Origin: Tubiluchus corallicola
Lineage: Eukaryota; Animalia; Priapulida
Direction of reading: 5' to 3'
Assembly (NCBI GenBank): GCA_030141605.1
Contig: JAQGDQ010000163.1
Coordinates: forward strand, 124,001-188,000
DNA length: 64,000 nucleotides
Shown here: positions 1 to 12,400 of the stretch, piece after piece
Layout of the letters: every line of letters begins with the position of its first letter
Numbering within the stretch: position 1 is the first letter of the stretch
Made by a program: the position numbers and the translations under genes
The notes under the pieces: model-generated
What the model saw: only the letters and a program-made list of their open reading frames with translations
Database searches by the model: none
What the model was told of the DNA's origin: nothing

Positions 1-60
1 ATTTTCTTCATCCAGTAATTTGCAAATCTCGCCAACAGACAAACCAGCCGCCCCAGCCAT
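1..60 (-). CDS. Possible first coding exon of a divergent gene running off the left edge (MAGAAGLSVGEICKLLDEEN...)
   Basis: ATG at 60-58 in aggATGG context. The frame is open to the window edge and locally GC-richer. It lies 405 bp head-to-head with the HBP1-like ATG. Too short to identify. Confidence 0.3.
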   Translation of the reverse strand, partial: MAGAAGLSVGEICKLLDEEN

Positions 61-384
61 CCTTTATGAGAAAAAAACACAGAATCAACGTCACACAACG
101 ATAATTATCATCATGTAGAAGATGTAAGTTAAAGATGTTAAACTACTACAAATTACTTAGTTACCAAACCATGTCACCAAATTATAATTATTAAGCTGCA
201 CAAAACTAAACTAGAATCTCAATTAAACCCGAATATCTGGTGCGTATTTAAAGAAAAGTGTGAACTAACTAAGCAATATGATCAGATGAGGTAGATTTAA
301 CTAGACTGCGACCCACTCGACAATACCAGAGATTTGATACAGATGCTCTTACGGTGCTGTATTCAGTGTACTCTACCATCAAGT

Positions 385-465
385 AAAACTTCCCGCCAGG
401 TGACGACACATCGATAGGTTTTATTTAACCAATCAAAAGCCACGATTAAATCGAAGGACAACAAC
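385..465 (+). promoter_or_regulatory. Candidate proximal promoter of the HBP1-like gene (possibly bidirectional)
   Basis: TTCCCGCC (E2F-like, 390-397), TGACG (401-405) and CCAAT (429-433) lie just upstream of ATG 466. Motif match only. Confidence 0.3.
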
Positions 466-3400
466 ATGGCTTCTGCCTTGGTAAGTGTGCTGTGTGAATA
501 CATAACTATTGTTTCTTCTTGCCGTTTATGACGTTTTTAAAATTTTTCATTAATTACTAGGTTAATTACTATTTTGGTACCCTGTGTTTACTTAAACGTG
601 TCATTTGTCAACATAAGTAAGTTTTAATATATGAGCTGGCCTGGGTTTTGGTAAAATACTCGTCAATTGAGAACGATCGAGATTTCTTTTCAATTCATAA
701 TGATTTATGCTGTTACAAAATCGGTTTTACTCGTACCCAAAATTAAGTATAACGGCTGAAACCTGGAGATAACTATATTTAACATGTCAGTTACGGCAAG
801 TTTAGTATAGTGGAGGGCAAATAGTATATCTGCTGATGCCCCCGTCTTTGGATTATGGATATGAATAAAATTATGTTCTCAAATATAGTCACAAATTTAC
901 TCATTTGTTTAAACTAAAATAAGACAAGAAAATTTAATAACATCTTATTTAAAACGCATAACCTATTTTCCTCAAATAACTATGTACATCTGTCTTTCTC
1001 AACTATATATATATATATGTAAGTTTCTCAGTAAGTATATATATAGTAAGTGTCTTTCTCAACTATATATATATATATATATATATAGTTGCTTTGGCAG
1101 AAGACAAAAATTTGGCAGAAGACAAAAATTTAGAGTTAATCAACACTTTTAAAGTTTTATTCGATAAGTGTAATGCATTTCAGCATCATATAATGCCTTC
1201 CTCACAAATCTGAAATTAATCAAGATGTAATTGGCTAAAAGCAGTTAGGACATCTGTATTTGACAATGGTTAAATGTGTGTTTATTATTCACTTTTTGGA
1301 CTAGGTAAAAACGATGGAGGCATGTGTATTTGACATTAGTTAAAAAAAGCAATAGCTAGGCGATAGATGCACAGGGTATTCCTTAAGTAAATATGTTTGC
1401 AGTAGTTTTTCAACAAATGTATTATATAGTAATGGTACACTTGGCTACAAATTCTTGAGTTCACATTGTAAAATTTTATTTTTAATGTAAAAATGTTGTT
1501 TAGCTATCATTTGTATCGTGATTAACTTTCAGTCTCTGGTGAAGTCATTATGATGCTGAAGCTTATTGGACTCATCAAATAAAGTTATTGATAACACCTG
1601 TCTTTTACATCATTTTGTCTTTTAAATCTTAAATATAACTTTGGCAAGGTTCATGGCCGAATAAATGGACGTGTATGCTTTATGTGGCAGCCATTGGTTT
1701 GATACGTGCTCTGGGCAATATCACCTGTAAACCTTGGCTGTCTACCTCATACTCATAGACAGTGGATGTACGTACTTCCAAATGTGGCTCAGATGCATCT
1801 GCCAGCTTGGGTGCTGGTGTTACAGTAATATTCTTGATAAGCCTGGCTCCACTACCACTCCAGTCATGTCACAAGCATCTCATTGAGTAGGTTCTGCGTT
1901 TGAATGTTGGGTTCGGGCTTGGGGCGTGCTGAAGTCTGTGGAAGAACTTATTCTCAATTTGAGAGTAGAAAACAGTTTATGATAAATCATAAACTGGTGA
2001 TTTTGCAATATATTCTGCAAGTGTAATGTAATGTAATGAAGTATAATGTGTAATAATGCCTTACTTTAAAATTACATTACAATTCATTAAATCACGATTG
2101 GTAAAAAAATCCCAAGCTAATAATCTTTACAATATCTGTACGGGAGAGATTTTTGTTGCTAATTTAAACTAGCTGAAGATCATAAGTTTACTTTGGCAAA
2201 TTTGTCAAAATCAGGTGAGCAAATTTGCTATGCTTTGTTACCATTTTTTTTATTTAACATTTTATTTAATACAAAACATACTTTACAAATTACAAAAACC
2301 AAGACATTTACAATAACATAAACAAATATTAGAATTAACTCACTGTCAATGAATGAATGAATGTAGTTAGTTGCAGTCAGTAAATATGCATTGACTACGT
2401 TCTGGCAATTTTGGTTGTTCAGTAAATCATTCGAATATATGTTTCAAAGGTAACCAACTAGCATTCCAATTTTTCTAGCATCCCAGGGTTGTCACCTGCT
2501 GTTTTCTCCACCTTTTACATATATTTAATATAGCTCACTGCACGATTAAAATTTGGTGTTTGTAATTTGCTTCCGAGTACACCAAATATAATATTTTACC
2601 ATTAAAATGGTCTTATTTAAACATAGAAATTTTTTATACGGAAACTTTCCAAAAATTACAATAGATTTATAAATTTCTAGTGCATTACTTGTACTTTGCA
2701 TCCACCATTGTTTGAAATGTTCCCATATGAGTTTTACTTTATTACAATCCTATGGAATATGTGATATGGTTTCTGTTTCCGAATTGCAAATATTACAAGT
2801 GGCAGAATCAACTTTATTAATTTTGAATAAAAAATCTTTTGTGAGTAGTATTCTGTGCAGAACACTAAACTGATAATTGCATATTTTAGGATCTTTTGTA
2901 CATTTGAAAGGAAGCAGATACGCGTTTTTCCAATTTATATTGTAATTTATGAATTTTTCCTCCCATTTCAGTTCAGAAATTTGCAATTTATCTCACTGAG
3001 GGAGGTGTGCATACATGAATCCGAACATATAATAACACCTCTGTTAGTTCAATGACTCATCTTAAAGTGATATCCTTGTAATGAACAAGTTCTTGTACTG
3101 CTACAATCACCTACATTATGTAGACTTATATTATGCATAGTGTCAAACTGTGTAAAAAACACTGAATGTAGCAGTCTTACATTGCTAGTAACACTGTGCA
3201 CGTTGGCTACAGCAAACATTAGGCAAGCTAAGCATTTTATCATTTTTTTTCAATTTGATCAAAAGGGATTTGGTCGATGTGATTGAACAAAATGTTCTGT
3301 GCGTTTTTTCATCATGCCATCTGACTTGTGCAGAAGGAGCGCTACAAAAATTAGAAAGAAATTGCATTTTTTTTATTTCAGAAACAAGCACCAGTGCTGG

Positions 3401-6400
3401 CAGAAAGCACTGAAGAGCTTACAAAGCCAAAGGCAGAGATCAGTCTTCGGTTGAGTCCTACAAAAATTCACCGGTGTCCTGAGGCTGGTTGTAAAAAGGT
3501 AACCATCTATATTGCAGTGTTCTCTAATTTGATTTCTGTTAGTAATCAGTCCATGTCTGAATTGTTTTAGTGTCATTTTCAGCCAACAGATATTGTCGCA
3601 ATCTAGTTAACACTGGCGTGGACTATATGGGCCTGGCAGAATGCTTGTTCTATTGGTTGGTTTAAACATAATTTATTGAAGGTGTGACATCTAGGTTTGA
3701 AACAGACAGTTTTACAACTGATATACGTTTGCCCCTAGTGGGAGTGAACGCTAGACAGATGCAGAATAATGGTGACCACAATGTACAAAAAATATTACAA
3801 TAAATATAAGCATTAATATGTAACAAGAATAACAAAATTAATACTATTTAAAGCACTTGGTGTTTGAAATAAAAGACTGCACTAAAACAAAAATTTCAGT
3901 GTTCAGAGAATTATCTAGGGCATGGTTCCCATGCAGGAACAAACATACAAGTTCATTTGTTGCAAGACTGTAAGCATTGGTGTTAAAAGCTGACAAAAGA
4001 GTGCAGAGATTTGTAAATAAGTCATGTCTGGCCTGATGATAAAGAGGGCAGCTAATTAAGTAATGCCCGACTGTAGAACCACATTGACAATTGGGTGACA
4101 CTAGCGACCCATCTGAAGTACAAATCATAATTAAGTTGGCAAAAACCAACTCTCATGCTAGTATGGTGTACAGATGAATTTCGAGTACCACTTGAAATGT
4201 AATTAGGCCGCTTATTAAAACGCATGTGATTCTTTCGTCGAGATTTAAAGATGTTTAAAGAGGTACGGATATCAGGAGGTGAACTTTTCCTGCACTTAAC
4301 TGAGGCAAGAAAAAAATAATTATCAAAAGCAGTTGAGTGGCAGGTGTAATTAGAAAAGTTTTCGGACTGGATACAATGTAATATCCCTTACACGGTGATG
4401 CAAAATATTAAAAAGGTAGTGGGGAGCTCAGTGATTCACGATTTTATAAAAGGCACATAAACGGAAATTTTGGAAGCTCTTAGAAAAGTGGTCCAATCCT
4501 GCTTTGAACAAAAGATTTGAATGATTGGAACCTGACATAGCACCAGTACATATGTGCACAGCACTCAACTGAATACTATCAAGCAGGGATTCAACATTAC
4601 GACCATGTCCAGACCATACGATATTACCTTATTCCAAAGTGGGTAAAATAATAGTTTTGAACAAGAATTCACAAGTTGAACGCAGCAGTATAGTGGCTAG
4701 ACCTCACAAGTTTCCTAGTTTTGGCTGAACTGTTGCGATGATCTCGTTTACATGTTGTTCCCATTTTAGATCACATGTAAAATATATCCCCAGGTGCTTA
4801 TGAGAATTAACATGCTTTAAAGCTATATTATTGAGATAAAGTGGCATATGATGATGTTGCTGGATTTTACGAGAGAAGAGCATTACTTCAGTTTTCTGTG
4901 GATTAAAGGTAACACACCATCTATCAGTCCAGTACTGCAAAGTCTCTGGGTCGGAATTTAGACGCAATGCGGAATGTACTGGGTCTGTGACTGTATCCAT
5001 TATGGAAGTATCGTCGGCAAAAAGACATATGTCGCACTGTATATTATGAGTAATGTCATTTGCATAGACAAGAAACAAGAGGGCCCAAAATAGAGCCCTG
5101 AGGCACCCCAGCAGCCAGGGACAAAGAATCTGATGAGGTACCTTCCATAACTACTTGTTGACTACGACCAGATAAATAAGAAGCTTACCAACGTAGTAAG
5201 GGACTACTGATGCCAAGCTGGGATAATTTGAATATGAGATCTTTGTGCCAGATTTTGTCAAAAGCTTTACTTACATCGAGAAAAACTGCCCGTACCTCAT
5301 ATCCAGCATCTAGATCAGAGTATATTTTGTGGACAATGGATACCAATTGATTGATTGTACTATCTCCTGGCTTGAAATCAGAATGACACTCATTCAACAG
5401 ATTATTGTCAATAACAAGATAATTATAAAGTTCTTTATATACAATCTGCTCCAAGATTTTAGAAACACAGGAAAGTAGAGAAATTGGCCTATAATTAGTA
5501 ACCAATTCTCTATCACCTTTTTTAAATACAGGAGTAACATTAGCTGTTTTCCATACTGATGGGAACATTCCATTGTTAACAAATATTTTAAATAATAACA
5601 TTAAAGGCACAGAAAGCGACTGAGAACACTTCAAAACAATATTACTTATGCGATCGGGCCTTGTTGATTTACCGACTTTTACACATTTCAAGAAATTACT
5701 AACTATATGCTCGGACAGGTCAACAGTTGACAAAACACTATCAGTGACCAAAGAGAAAGGAGGAAGTACGGCATTACCGCAATTTACACTACAGTTATCA
5801 GCAAAAAATTTGTTAAATATACTACACTTGGTATGAGCTATAATACAGTTATTAACTTTAAGTGGTGGAATCCACCAGGCCTTGAGGCAGGTTTGTGGAT
5901 CGAGTAATTTAGTATTTAGTTTCTTCATATAATCAGATTTAACTTTTTTTAAAGAATTATTATAGGTATTCCTACATCGCTTGTATTTCTCCCAAGATTC
6001 AGCAGTTTCTCCCGATAAAGCTAAAGCAAATAGCCCATTCATTGCTATTATAAGTAAAACAGTCTGCATACAAGCTAGAAAACACGGAGCAAAGTCTAGG
6101 GTGTGCAGTCACGGCTAGCAGATTTATCATTTAAAGGCAAATTACGTGTCACTAGCAGGCCTAGTGTGGAAAGCATACTCTTGCTCTGAATTGATTTCAC
6201 TAAATGATTTGTAGTGGTTTAAAATCACATTTTATCGCGGTTTATTTTTAATAACAAGCATTGATGAAGAGCTCAAGAAATAGATGTTTCTTTTGGTTAA
6301 TGTTTGTTGCTTGTTTGCTTGTTTGCGTCAATTTAGTTTATTGGAAAGTAATCCACGTACTACTACATCAGTGGGACAGTATTAAATGCTCAAAAATTGG

Positions 6401-9400
6401 AACAGAAATTGAGGACTCAACGTGTTATATAACCGTGACATTTCTTCTAGGTAGGCTTGGCAATCAGATGTTCTTCTATGCTTCATTATATGGCATAGCA
6501 AGAACAAACAATTTCACTCCAGTGTTACCATTTTCGTTATACAGACTTTTTCCTCGATTAACTATACAACCAATGATCTCAGAAAATTATTCTTATCTTA
6601 AGCAGCACTCTCGAGAAGTTACGTTAAAATATAGTCACAAGTTCTACCCTCGTTCTCAGCATTTAACATACTGTATTGGTACAGCACAGAACATTAGCTT
6701 GTGGGGTTTCATGCAGTCCTATAAGTTTTTCAAAGAATTTGAAAATGACATTAGAAATGAGTTTCTCTTTAGCAGTGACACACTTGAACAGGCTAGAGAC
6801 ATTCTTCACAAGCAATTAAGTTCGCAGTTTCACCACAGTGCCTTTTGGACTTCCCGAAACATTACACTTGTTGGAATTCACATGAGAAGAGGAGACCTAT
6901 TCACCTCTGTTTTGCATGCTGCCCCAGCTCACTATATCCAGCGAGCAATGGAGTAATTTTTGTTGTTATTGGTGATGATACATCCTGGAATGAGAAAAAT
7001 GTCAAAGGATCTGGTGTTGTATTTATGCCAAATAACAGCGAGCCACTGGTTGACATGTGCATTGTGAGTCATCTGTGTGATCACGTGATCACGACTGTGG
7101 GCACTTTCAGTTTCTGGTGCGGGTATTTATCCAAAGGAACTGTAATATATTATCAAAATATGCTTCGTGATGGGTACAGAGATGCAACCCACTGGTTTGT
7201 AGCAGATGATTACTGGCCGCCTGACTGAATTGGACTGTAGCGACAGAATAAATGATAAGCGATACATTATATAGATATTGTTCAGATCTTTGAATTATAT
7301 ACCTTTGTTGTTTTGATTATTTAACTCGTGTCAACCTTGCATCAAATTTATTTGTGATATTAAAAATAATAATCCTTTATCTTTTTTAGATGTACTAGTT
7401 CTTTGTAATTTCATGGTTTTATTTGTGTAAATCGTGAAGTGAATACTTACCCGTTTTAAAATGTTTGCATACTTCTTAGAGATTTGTTAGCTTCGTAATT
7501 CAAGTTTTTTGATATATTTTAATCTAAATTGAAATAGTTTAATGTAGTTTGGATCCACTTTGTACATTTTATAATTTTATGTAAATTTATTATTTTAGTG
7601 GTATGTAATGTTAGAATTGTAACCATTGTAAAGCATGCCAGAGCATATAGGTATGGATAGTCCACTACAGTAAAGTAAACTTAGGAAGATTTTTACTGGT
7701 CTGTATGATGATTTTGAATCTTTCACTTGCAAACAGTTCCAATGCAATCTTATTCAAACTTTAGTGTGTAGAGCTTTTTTATTTCATCAGCATATCAGAA
7801 ATTTCACGAAGAAGTTAATGCTATAAAAACGTTTTAATTTATAATAGATTTCCAATGTGGTTAATTGACTTAACCATCAAAAAATGTTTTGATAAACTTT
7901 TTTCTAAAAAATCACTTGCAGTCTATTACCAAAAAATAGTATATTTACCTATTCAGTTCATTGGTCCCCTGCTTTTGTAAGTGAAAAACAAAATCAGTCG
8001 TCCCGTATGGTTAAGTGACTTTACTCCCATAAATTATTTTAAATCTGCCAATAGTTTATGTTCTTTCTTTCCATTTAAAGACAAAGTACCCGCTTTCTTA
8101 CAGTTTCGTGTTGTTTATAGATTTTAGTGAAGCAGGTGCAATGCTGCTTACAATGTCATAATGCCCAGACACTAAAGTAAAAATGTGTGTAGACAACATG
8201 AACTAACCTTTCCTAATTAATAAAAAAGCTGTCTATCCCAAAGTAATTGGTTTTTAATTAAAGTTTTTATGCTGTTACAAGAGATTGCCAAATGCTACTA
8301 GTGTATTAATATTTGGCAGAACTCTTAATTATTATTCACAAAGTTTATCTGGGGTAATTAACTTATGTTGTTTAAACTCATATTGCTTACATAACTCTTT
8401 ATGCCCAGCATTTGGATCTTCGGATAACAACAACATTAACTCTTTCACATAAAATCTTTATATAATACCCATCTTTGAATGAAACAATTCAATCCTTTTT
8501 ATGTCATTTCGCTTGACAGTTTCTTATAGTTTGATAAATAGATAACAGTGAAACGTTTTCTGGATTAATTGCCACCAAACGTGTACTCATTTGTATTTTT
8601 TAAGGTTTGCCTACAGATTTTATACTGTAGCGTTTGTCAACTACCAAGCTTGAGACTGGAGCGCATAGGCGGGGCTTAGTGTTCACTGTGATCGGCCTGT
8701 TGCTTGCACTCGGTGAATGCTGTGAGCCTGTGATTTTCTGGAAAACATTTTAGTGGCACTGGTTGAATTTGTAATTATTTACTATGCGCTTTTGCCATGA
8801 AATGTGCTGCTTATTATAGTGTGCAGCTATTTGACCTTTAAGGAAGGTTAATTAATTGTTTTTTAGCCATTGACCTAACCCTTATGTGCAATTTACCATT
8901 TATGTTATTGGTTAGTATACAGTGGTAAGCAAGCGAGAGCAAGAAAGAGCAAAGGAAACAGGGAGTAGGGGGAAAGAGAAAGAGAGAGACCGCAGACGTG
9001 CACATAGACACAGATAGATGGGGAGAGAGAGCGGGAGAGGTAGAGGGAGGGGAGGAGAGAGAGCAAATGAACAGAGACAGAATGTGGAGGGAGTGGGAAG
9101 AAGGGAGAGGGAGTAAAAAATATTGGCGTAACTAGAGATAAAAATTACAAAATTCATAAACGTAATTTCAAAAATTTTAATAAACAAAACTTTATAGATG
9201 ACTTAGAAACTAGTTTCTTAACTTTTGAACAATATCTTACTTGTAATAGTCCCACGGAATATTATAATTATTTTTTAAATACATTAATTTCTACTATAGA
9301 TAAACATGTACCATTAAGAATGCTTTCAAAAAAAGAATGCAAATTATTAGAAAAACCTTGGATTACTAGAGGAATACTTGTTAGTGTTAGGAAAAAACAA

Positions 9401-12400
9401 AAAATGTATGCCACATTATTTAAATCTAATGATGTGAATAAGTAAAATAAATATAAAACATATGCCAATATCCTGAATAAATTAAAAAATAAAAGCAAAG
9501 AACTATATTATATTAAGAAATTTCAGTCAGCTAATAAAGATATTAAATCAATGTGGAAAATAGTCAATGAACTAGTAAAACTAAAAGCCCAAAAGAATTG
9601 TCCTACTAAATTAGTTATTAATAATGAGCAAATAACCCAACCCCAGTTAATGGCTGATAAATTTAATAAGTTTTTTGTTGAAGTTGGATCAACATTGGCA
9701 CAAAATATTCCAAATGTCAATAAGCATCATCTTTCGTATTTAACTGGTAATCTCGCTAATGAATTTAGATTTGAACCTATTAATGAAGTAGAAGTGCTTT
9801 CATTATTAACAGGACTTAAAGGTAACAAAGCCCCTGGTGCAGATGGTGTCAGTAATTTTTTTGTTAAAATTACTAGTTCCGTCATTTCCAAGCCATTAAC
9901 TTTTATAATTAATCAATCATTTAATACAGGTATTTTTCCTAAACAGCTTAAACTCATTAAATAATTCCTATTTATAAATCAAATAGTAATGGTTTATAAT
10001 CTAATTATCGACCAATTTCACTATTAAGTGTTTTTTCTAAAATACTTGAAAAAATCGCTTTTAATCAACTGTCCTCTTTTCTTTTACAAAAGAAAGTTTC
10101 ATATGACTATCAATTTGGTTTTCGAAAGTCGCATTCAACAGCATTAGCATTAATTGAAATAACTAATAAAATTGCAGAGGCGCTTAATAATGATCAGTAT
10201 GTCTGTGGTCTGTTTATAGATTTATCAAAAGCATTTGATACGGTAAATCATTGTATTCTTCTAGACAAATTGCATTATTATGGTATAAGACATTCAGCTC
10301 AATCATGGTTCAAAAGTTATCTTTGTGATCGTCTCCAGTATGTCGAACTAAATGGATGTAAATCCAATACACTTCCAATTAAGCATGGTGTTCCCCAAGG
10401 TTCTACTCTAGGACCACTTTTATTTCTTCTATATATAAATGATATGCCACTAAGTTGCTCAAATTTAATCTGACTTTTTGCAGATGACACAAATATTTTT
10501 TTAAGTGATTCAAATATAGATAACTTGGAGAGTGTTATGAATACCCAGTTAAATAAAGTAACAGAATGGTTGAATGTCAATAAGCTCTCATCGAATATTA
10601 ATAAATCTAACTTCATGCTTCTAAAAAAGAAAAGGAGAACACTATCAAGAAATATAACCATAGGTCTTAGTAATGTTATTGTTGACAAAAAGTCACATGT
10701 TAAATATTTGGGAATATTTCTTGATGAGCACCTAGACTGGAAGTACCAAATAAGTATAATAAAGCATAAATTGAGTAAAACCTTGGGAATCATCTATAAA
10801 TTACGCAAGTTTGTTAATAGAGAAACACTGATGAAAATCTTTTACAGTTTAGTCTACCCATATCTAATATATGGCGTCATGTCTTGGGGTGGTGTATATA
10901 AAAGTAATCTGGAAGCTATACAATTTACCCAGAACAAAATTCTCAAACTAATATATCATGTAAGGTATGACCATCCCTCAAATATAATTTATTTGTCTGT
11001 TAAAACTCTTAAAGTGAAAGAAATATATGACATGTATTGTCTTCATTTCATGTATCACTATCATAATTCACTACTCCCACCAGCTTTTCAGTCATACTTT
11101 AGTCCAGTTTCAAATCAACATGATCATTACACAAGATATTCAGTCGAAAACTATGTACTCCCCCTTCCAAAAACAAATATAATGAAACAGTCATCAAAAT
11201 ATAATGCTATTAAAATATGGTCATCAATTCCGAGTGAAATGAAAACTCTTAATCTTTATCAATTTAAAAAAGCATCAAAGAATTACCTACTACAACGGTA
11301 TAATTAACTCGCAATTTTACTCATCCTGATCTGAAGTTACTAACAAAACTTATTTTGTTCTAATGTATGCTCTAACTGATGAAAATGTAATGTTAATTGT
11401 TTCACTTATCTGGAGGAGGACTCGAAAGCTAAATGCTCCTTCCTCCTCCTCACAGTAACTCGCATAGTTTATGTTTTTTTCAGTGTTATATCAGTTTATA
11501 TGTATGTTTGAGTTGCTGTGGAATAAATTCATAATTCATAATTCAGATTATGTTTTTTATCTTAAACGTGACAAATCTCATATTTTTTAAACGAATTCTG
11601 ATTTAACTGTTTCACGTACGTTGCTTTTTTTGCAGATCTTAACGAGTTCACCTGGTTTGAGATACCATATAAAAACACACTTCTGTGGAAATGAGAGGCC
11701 ATACCTGTGTGAAAAATGTCAAAAAACGTTCAAAAGGTGAGTTTATGTTTTGCAGCAAGTAAACTAAAGAATGCGAGATCAAGTGTGAATGAGACCAGTC
11801 ATAGTTTGAAATAGGCCAAAAATGCACCTAAGCAGAAAGTGTATTCACAAAAACGTTTAATGGGTGACACAAAGTTTTCAATTCTCTGGATAATGTAGGT
11901 AGTAAGTCCTGCATCTTGAATCTCAGTGTCGAGCCCCAAGTTTGAAAAGTACCTTTTGTATGTCAAATACAGAGTGCTTTGCAAAGTTTTAGTTTATAAA
12001 CAAAAAACAGAAAGAAAATGCACCATTTTCTGATACTTTTGACTTTTTCAGTGTGGTTTATATAAAATGAACTCGGGTGTGTCGGGAACTTTGTTTTGCA
12101 CATTTTGCTCGTTAGATGACACCAACAAAACTCATTTCTTAGTTACGGCAGTAATTACATTTGCTTGTCACGTGTCACATTTCACTGTGTAGCATTGTTT
12201 ACAATTTAGCATTGTTGAGCGCCACAGAAACGACATGGAAGGCTTATCCAAGAAGCCATTGTTAACTCAGTTTTCTAGCCATTATGAACACAATCAAATA
12301 AAATGTGTTTTGGAAAAAAGCAACTTCGAAGTCTGATTTCATTAGAAGGAAGCCCTGAAATTTAATAAAATTAGTGTTAAATTTTGTGTTACAGTTAAGT

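Noticed and set aside
1640-1960. GC-richer stretch with ~60 open codons on the minus strand
   Set aside because: No start codon, no convincing splice sites and no recognisable motif.
8912-9187. Leu/Ser/Pro-rich ORFs here and at 47838-48149
   Set aside because: They are antisense translations of GA-rich low-complexity repeats.
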